Shown here: one piece after another, positions 52,050 through 52,245 of the stretch
Layout: the number at the start of each line of letters is the position of its first letter
Position numbering within the stretch: the stretch's first letter is position 1
Assembly (NCBI GenBank): GCA_000934665.2
Contig: JYFJ02002705.1
Location: forward strand, 1-52,245
DNA length: 52,245 nt
Source: Catajapyx aquilonaris
Lineage: Eukaryota
Direction: 5' to 3'
Made by a program: the position numbers and the translations under genes
Notes under the pieces: model-generated
The model's database searches: none
Told to the model about the DNA's origin: nothing
What the model saw: the letters and a program-made list of their open reading frames with translations, nothing else

Positions 52050-52245
52050 GGGGAACTAGCCTTCATTTTGGAAGCTACATAATAAATTCGCCCATATTTT
52101 TTGGATTTTTTTGGCATATTCCGTTTTAAGATATCAGTTCCCGTTCCAGAGTAATTGGGGTTTTTATGTAGGGAAATGGTGACGTCACTGTTTCCCTAGA
52201 AAATGTTGACGTCACGCGAAGTGAAATGAACGCAAAAAGGGTGTT
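52050..52245 (+). mobile_element. Left end of a second copy of the 36238 element family, truncated by the window
   Basis: AT|GGGGAACTAGCCTTCATTTTGGAA...GGAAATGGTGACGTCAC..TTTCC aligns by eye with 36238-36420. Confidence 0.75.

Overview
This is eukaryotic (animal, most likely arthropod) genomic DNA with GT-AG introns, many only 50-90 nt long. I reconstructed five intron-containing genes by hand: the 5' part of a SWI/SNF subunit SMARCC/moira (minus, runs off the left end), a complete transmembrane ZP-domain (cuticlin-like) gene (minus), a compact ERICH2-like gene (plus), a complete DPP8/9 gene (minus), and the 5' part of VPS72/YL1 (plus, runs off the right end). One or two further small spliced transcripts are possible at 9-11 kb. 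Introns and intergenic DNA are crowded with non-autonomous inverted-repeat elements (Tc1/mariner-, piggyBac-, P-, Kolobok-, Harbinger-, CACTA- and ISL2EU-like) and three tRNA-headed SINE types, often nested. I see no prokaryotic system, CRISPR array or intact transposase. The most notable signals are a covarying 3' stem-loop shared by different SINE heads, a DNA-level capture of a SINE head plus its flank inside a neighbouring MITE, a palindromic mariner derivative built from two transposase 5' ends, and a candidate basic N-terminal extension exon of DPP9. All family calls rest on motif recognition, not database searches.
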